Positions 5,725 to 6,907 of a stretch of 6,907 nt of DNA are shown here, in pieces. This DNA is from a virus. The notes under the pieces are model-generated. The model was not told the origin of the DNA, did not search any database, and worked only from the letters and a program-made list of their open reading frames with translations. Positions within the stretch are counted from its first letter, which is position 1. Each line of letters opens with the position of its first letter. The translations under genes were made by a program, and so were the position numbers. The DNA lies in IMG/VR virus record IMGVR_UViG_3300010219_000036, positions 1-6,907 of that record, one strand, 5' to 3'.

Positions 5725-5768
5725 GGAGAAAGCCAAAGCCCCCACCAGCAGAATTAGCAGATGGGGGC
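5725..5768 (-). terminator. Probable intrinsic terminator or attenuator after the major coat gene.
   Basis: On the minus strand, GCCCCCA(TC) pairs with (GG)TGGGGGC across 5768-5738, followed by TTTGGCTTTCTCC (5737-5725). It sits 30 nt after the coat stop and before the pIII-like gene. Confidence 0.45.
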
Positions 5769-5798
5769 ATTGGAAGTGCATGGCCGAGCCGTGGAGAA

Positions 5799-6017
5799 TT
5801 AAGCAGCGCCGCGGATTTTCTTCACGTACTTAATAGCGATCATGAACACCACGCCAGCAGCCGACAGGCCGACCAGGGCCGCACCGTAAGTGCTGATCTT
5901 GCCGGTGACTTCCGTCACAGCGGTCGAGAACGGGTCAGTCGCCTCTTGAGCGAACACGGAGGCCGACACCAGCAGGCCAGTGCCAAGCGCGGACAAACGA
6001 GCGAGTTTGCTTTTCAT
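5799..6017 (-). CDS. Major coat protein (pVIII-like), a 72-aa precursor.
   Basis: The signal peptide is MKSKLARLSALGTGLLVSASVFA|QE. The mature ~49-aa product has an acidic N-terminus (QEATDPF), a hydrophobic core (YGAALVGLSAAGVVFMIAI) and a basic DNA-binding tail (KYVKKIRGAA). The SD AAGGA lies 10 nt upstream. Confidence 0.9.
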   Translation of the reverse strand: MKSKLARLSALGTGLLVSASVFAQEATDPFSTAVTEVTGKISTYGAALVGLSAAGVVFMIAIKYVKKIRGAA

Positions 6018-6084
6018 GTTTTGGTTTCCTTACCAAAGGTTTGCCCGAAATCGTCGGAGCCACGTTTTCCCGAACCGGGAATCC

Positions 6085-6228
6085 TTATGCGACCTCACCT
6101 AACCGGCGAACCCACAAGACCATATGACCCACACCGTAGCCAGCCCCAAAACACCCGAGAGCATAGGCAAGCAACAGCAGAGCCGAAGAAGCCGAAATGC
6201 AGGAATCAGCAGAGCAAGCAGCGAGCAT
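6085..6228 (-). CDS. 47-aa hydrophobic micro-protein upstream of the major coat gene, in the pVII/pIX-like position.
   Basis: Translation is MLAACSADSCISASSALLLLAYALGCFGAGYGVGHMVLWVRRLGEVA. The ATG at 6228 is preceded by AAGGAAAA directly after the stop of the 240-aa gene. It has a single TM-like segment followed by RR. Confidence 0.55.
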   Translation of the reverse strand: MLAACSADSCISASSALLLLAYALGCFGAGYGVGHMVLWVRRLGEVA

Positions 6229-6234
6229 TTTTCC

Positions 6235-6907
6235 TTACCTCTGCTGACCAGCAAAGACCCCGACACCGAAGCACAGCGCCAGGAGAGCGATAAACAACCC
6301 CTGCCCCATCTGCGCAGGATCGGACCACGACACATCAGCCCCCGAAACCCCCGCCTTACAAAGCCCCGCAATCATGCTTTTCCCGGTCGGACACGCTTGG
6401 CAATAGGGATAGTCGGCAGCGCCATTCGAGCAGGTCAACGAACCCGGCGCTGGCGGCGTACAAGTCGGATAATCCAACGCACCATTGGAGCAGGTCGGCG
6501 GCGGCGTACAGGTCGGATAATCAGTGCCACCGTTTGCACACTGGACCAACTCCACAGAAACGCTCAGAACCTTGCGATACGAAGGACCATTTCCGGTCGC
6601 ACCTGGCACACCACCGAGCCGCGCCTCGATGTAGTAATCCTTCTGGATCGGCTGAGACAAAGGCAAAGGCGTATTGCCCGTAGCAGGCACACACCCGACC
6701 GCCTTATAACCGGCCGTCGCACCGCCATTAGCGTAGATCTCAATGCGGTCATTGAGCGCGGCAAGACCCACGAGGGAGCCGCACGTTACTGCCGTAGTCT
6801 CATACACCAACGGCACTCGCAGCCTCGCATCGAGCGTCGAATCAGCAGGATTAGCCCACTTATCAATCGTGAGCGTGACCTTGTATGTCTGCGCGAGAGC
6901 GCCCCCC
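6235..6907 (-). CDS. 3' part of the 240-aa secreted, membrane-anchored Cys-repeat protein. It is open at the window edge, and its N-terminus is at 105-1.
   Basis: The ORF is open to base 6907 and in frame with the signal-peptide exon at 105-1 across the circular junction. It carries three C-x-N-G-x-x-D-Y-P-x-C repeats and a C-terminal TM (GLFIALLALCFGVGVFAG) followed by QQR. Confidence 0.8.
   Translation of the reverse strand, partial: GGALAQTYKVTLTIDKWANPADSTLDARLRVPLVYETTAVTCGSLVGLAALNDRIEIYANGGATAGYKAVGCVPATGNTPLPLSQPIQKDYYIEARLGGVPGATGNGPSYRKVLSVSVELVQCANGGTDYPTCTPPPTCSNGALDYPTCTPPAPGSLTCSNGAADYPYCQACPTGKSMIAGLCKAGVSGADVSWSDPAQMGQGLFIALLALCFGVGVFAGQQR
6400..6540 (-). repeat. Three imperfect tandem coding repeats (48- and 60-nt period) inside the 240-aa gene.
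   Basis: The peptide units are CANGGTDYPTCTPPPT, CSNGALDYPTCTPPAPGSLT and CSNGAADYPYC. The DNA units share ggcgtacaRgtcggataatc and attSgagcaggtc. Confidence 0.8.
6853..6907. repeat. Terminal direct repeat, copy 2, identical to 1-55.
   Basis: Same 55-mer as at the window start. A minus-strand ORF runs through it in frame. Confidence 0.95.

Larger units (their letters stand above)
1..6852 (-). mobile_element. Complete circular filamentous-phage (inovirus-like) genome or replicative form. Unit length is 6852 bp, and the coding sense of nearly all genes is the window minus strand.
   Basis: The exact 55-bp end overlap closes the circle. The gene set and order are Rep, ssDNA-binding protein, small hydrophobic proteins, major coat, pIII-like, pVI-like and Zot/pI-like, followed by a structured intergenic region. 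Size and gene packing are typical of Inoviridae. Confidence 0.85.

Noticed and set aside
5590-5781. A 63-aa minus-strand ORF whose N-terminus looks like a lipoprotein signal (LLILLVGALAFSGC).
   Set aside because: The hydrophobic run is encoded by the terminator hairpin and its CTG-rich loop. There is no SD. The last ~100 nt overlap the pIII-like gene out of frame. It is most likely a coincidence.
1-6907. A search for CRISPR arrays, tRNA/rRNA genes, transposase or integrase genes, toxin-antitoxin pairs and defence systems.
   Set aside because: I saw no repeat-spacer architecture, no cloverleaf-like or rRNA-like segments, no recombinase motifs and no extra cargo space. The circle is fully accounted for by the phage core genes plus the regulator.

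Overview
The window is one complete, circularly permuted genome of a small filamentous ssDNA phage (Inoviridae-like) or its replicative form. Bases 1-55 are repeated exactly at 6853-6907, so the unit circle is 6852 bp, and one gene only becomes complete when read across that junction. Nearly all genes are on the window minus strand and tightly packed. Several junctions overlap or nearly abut: ATGA, TGATG, ATGGTTGA, and TAA-ACC-ATG. In minus-strand order the genes are: an HUH rolling-circle Rep (2378-1470), a gV-like ssDNA-binding protein (561-109), a junction-spanning 240-aa secreted membrane-anchored Cys-repeat protein (105-1 joined to 6852-6235), a 47-aa hydrophobic micro-ORF, a textbook major coat protein (6017-5799), a 506-aa pIII-like adsorption protein (5693-4173), a 47-aa micro-ORF, a pVI-like protein (4033-3713), a 40-aa micro-ORF, and a short Zot/pI-like P-loop assembly ATPase (3594-2746). 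The only convincing plus-strand gene (856-1269) encodes an HTH regulator with a predicted transmembrane helix and ends in a clean intrinsic terminator. A 367-nt non-coding region (2379-2745) between the ATPase and Rep is full of hairpins and short repeats, and is the likely origin, packaging and promoter region. I see no integrase, transposase, pIV secretin, tRNA, rRNA or CRISPR array. Four points deserve a closer look: the large secreted Cys-repeat protein in the slot where Ff phages have the tiny pVII/pIX; the Zot/pI homologue with no transmembrane helix, preceded by a doubly coupled 40-aa membrane micro-protein; the membrane-anchored HTH regulator placed antisense between rep and ssb; and the repeat architecture of the intergenic region. 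All functional calls come from motifs, topology and synteny read by eye, with no database search.
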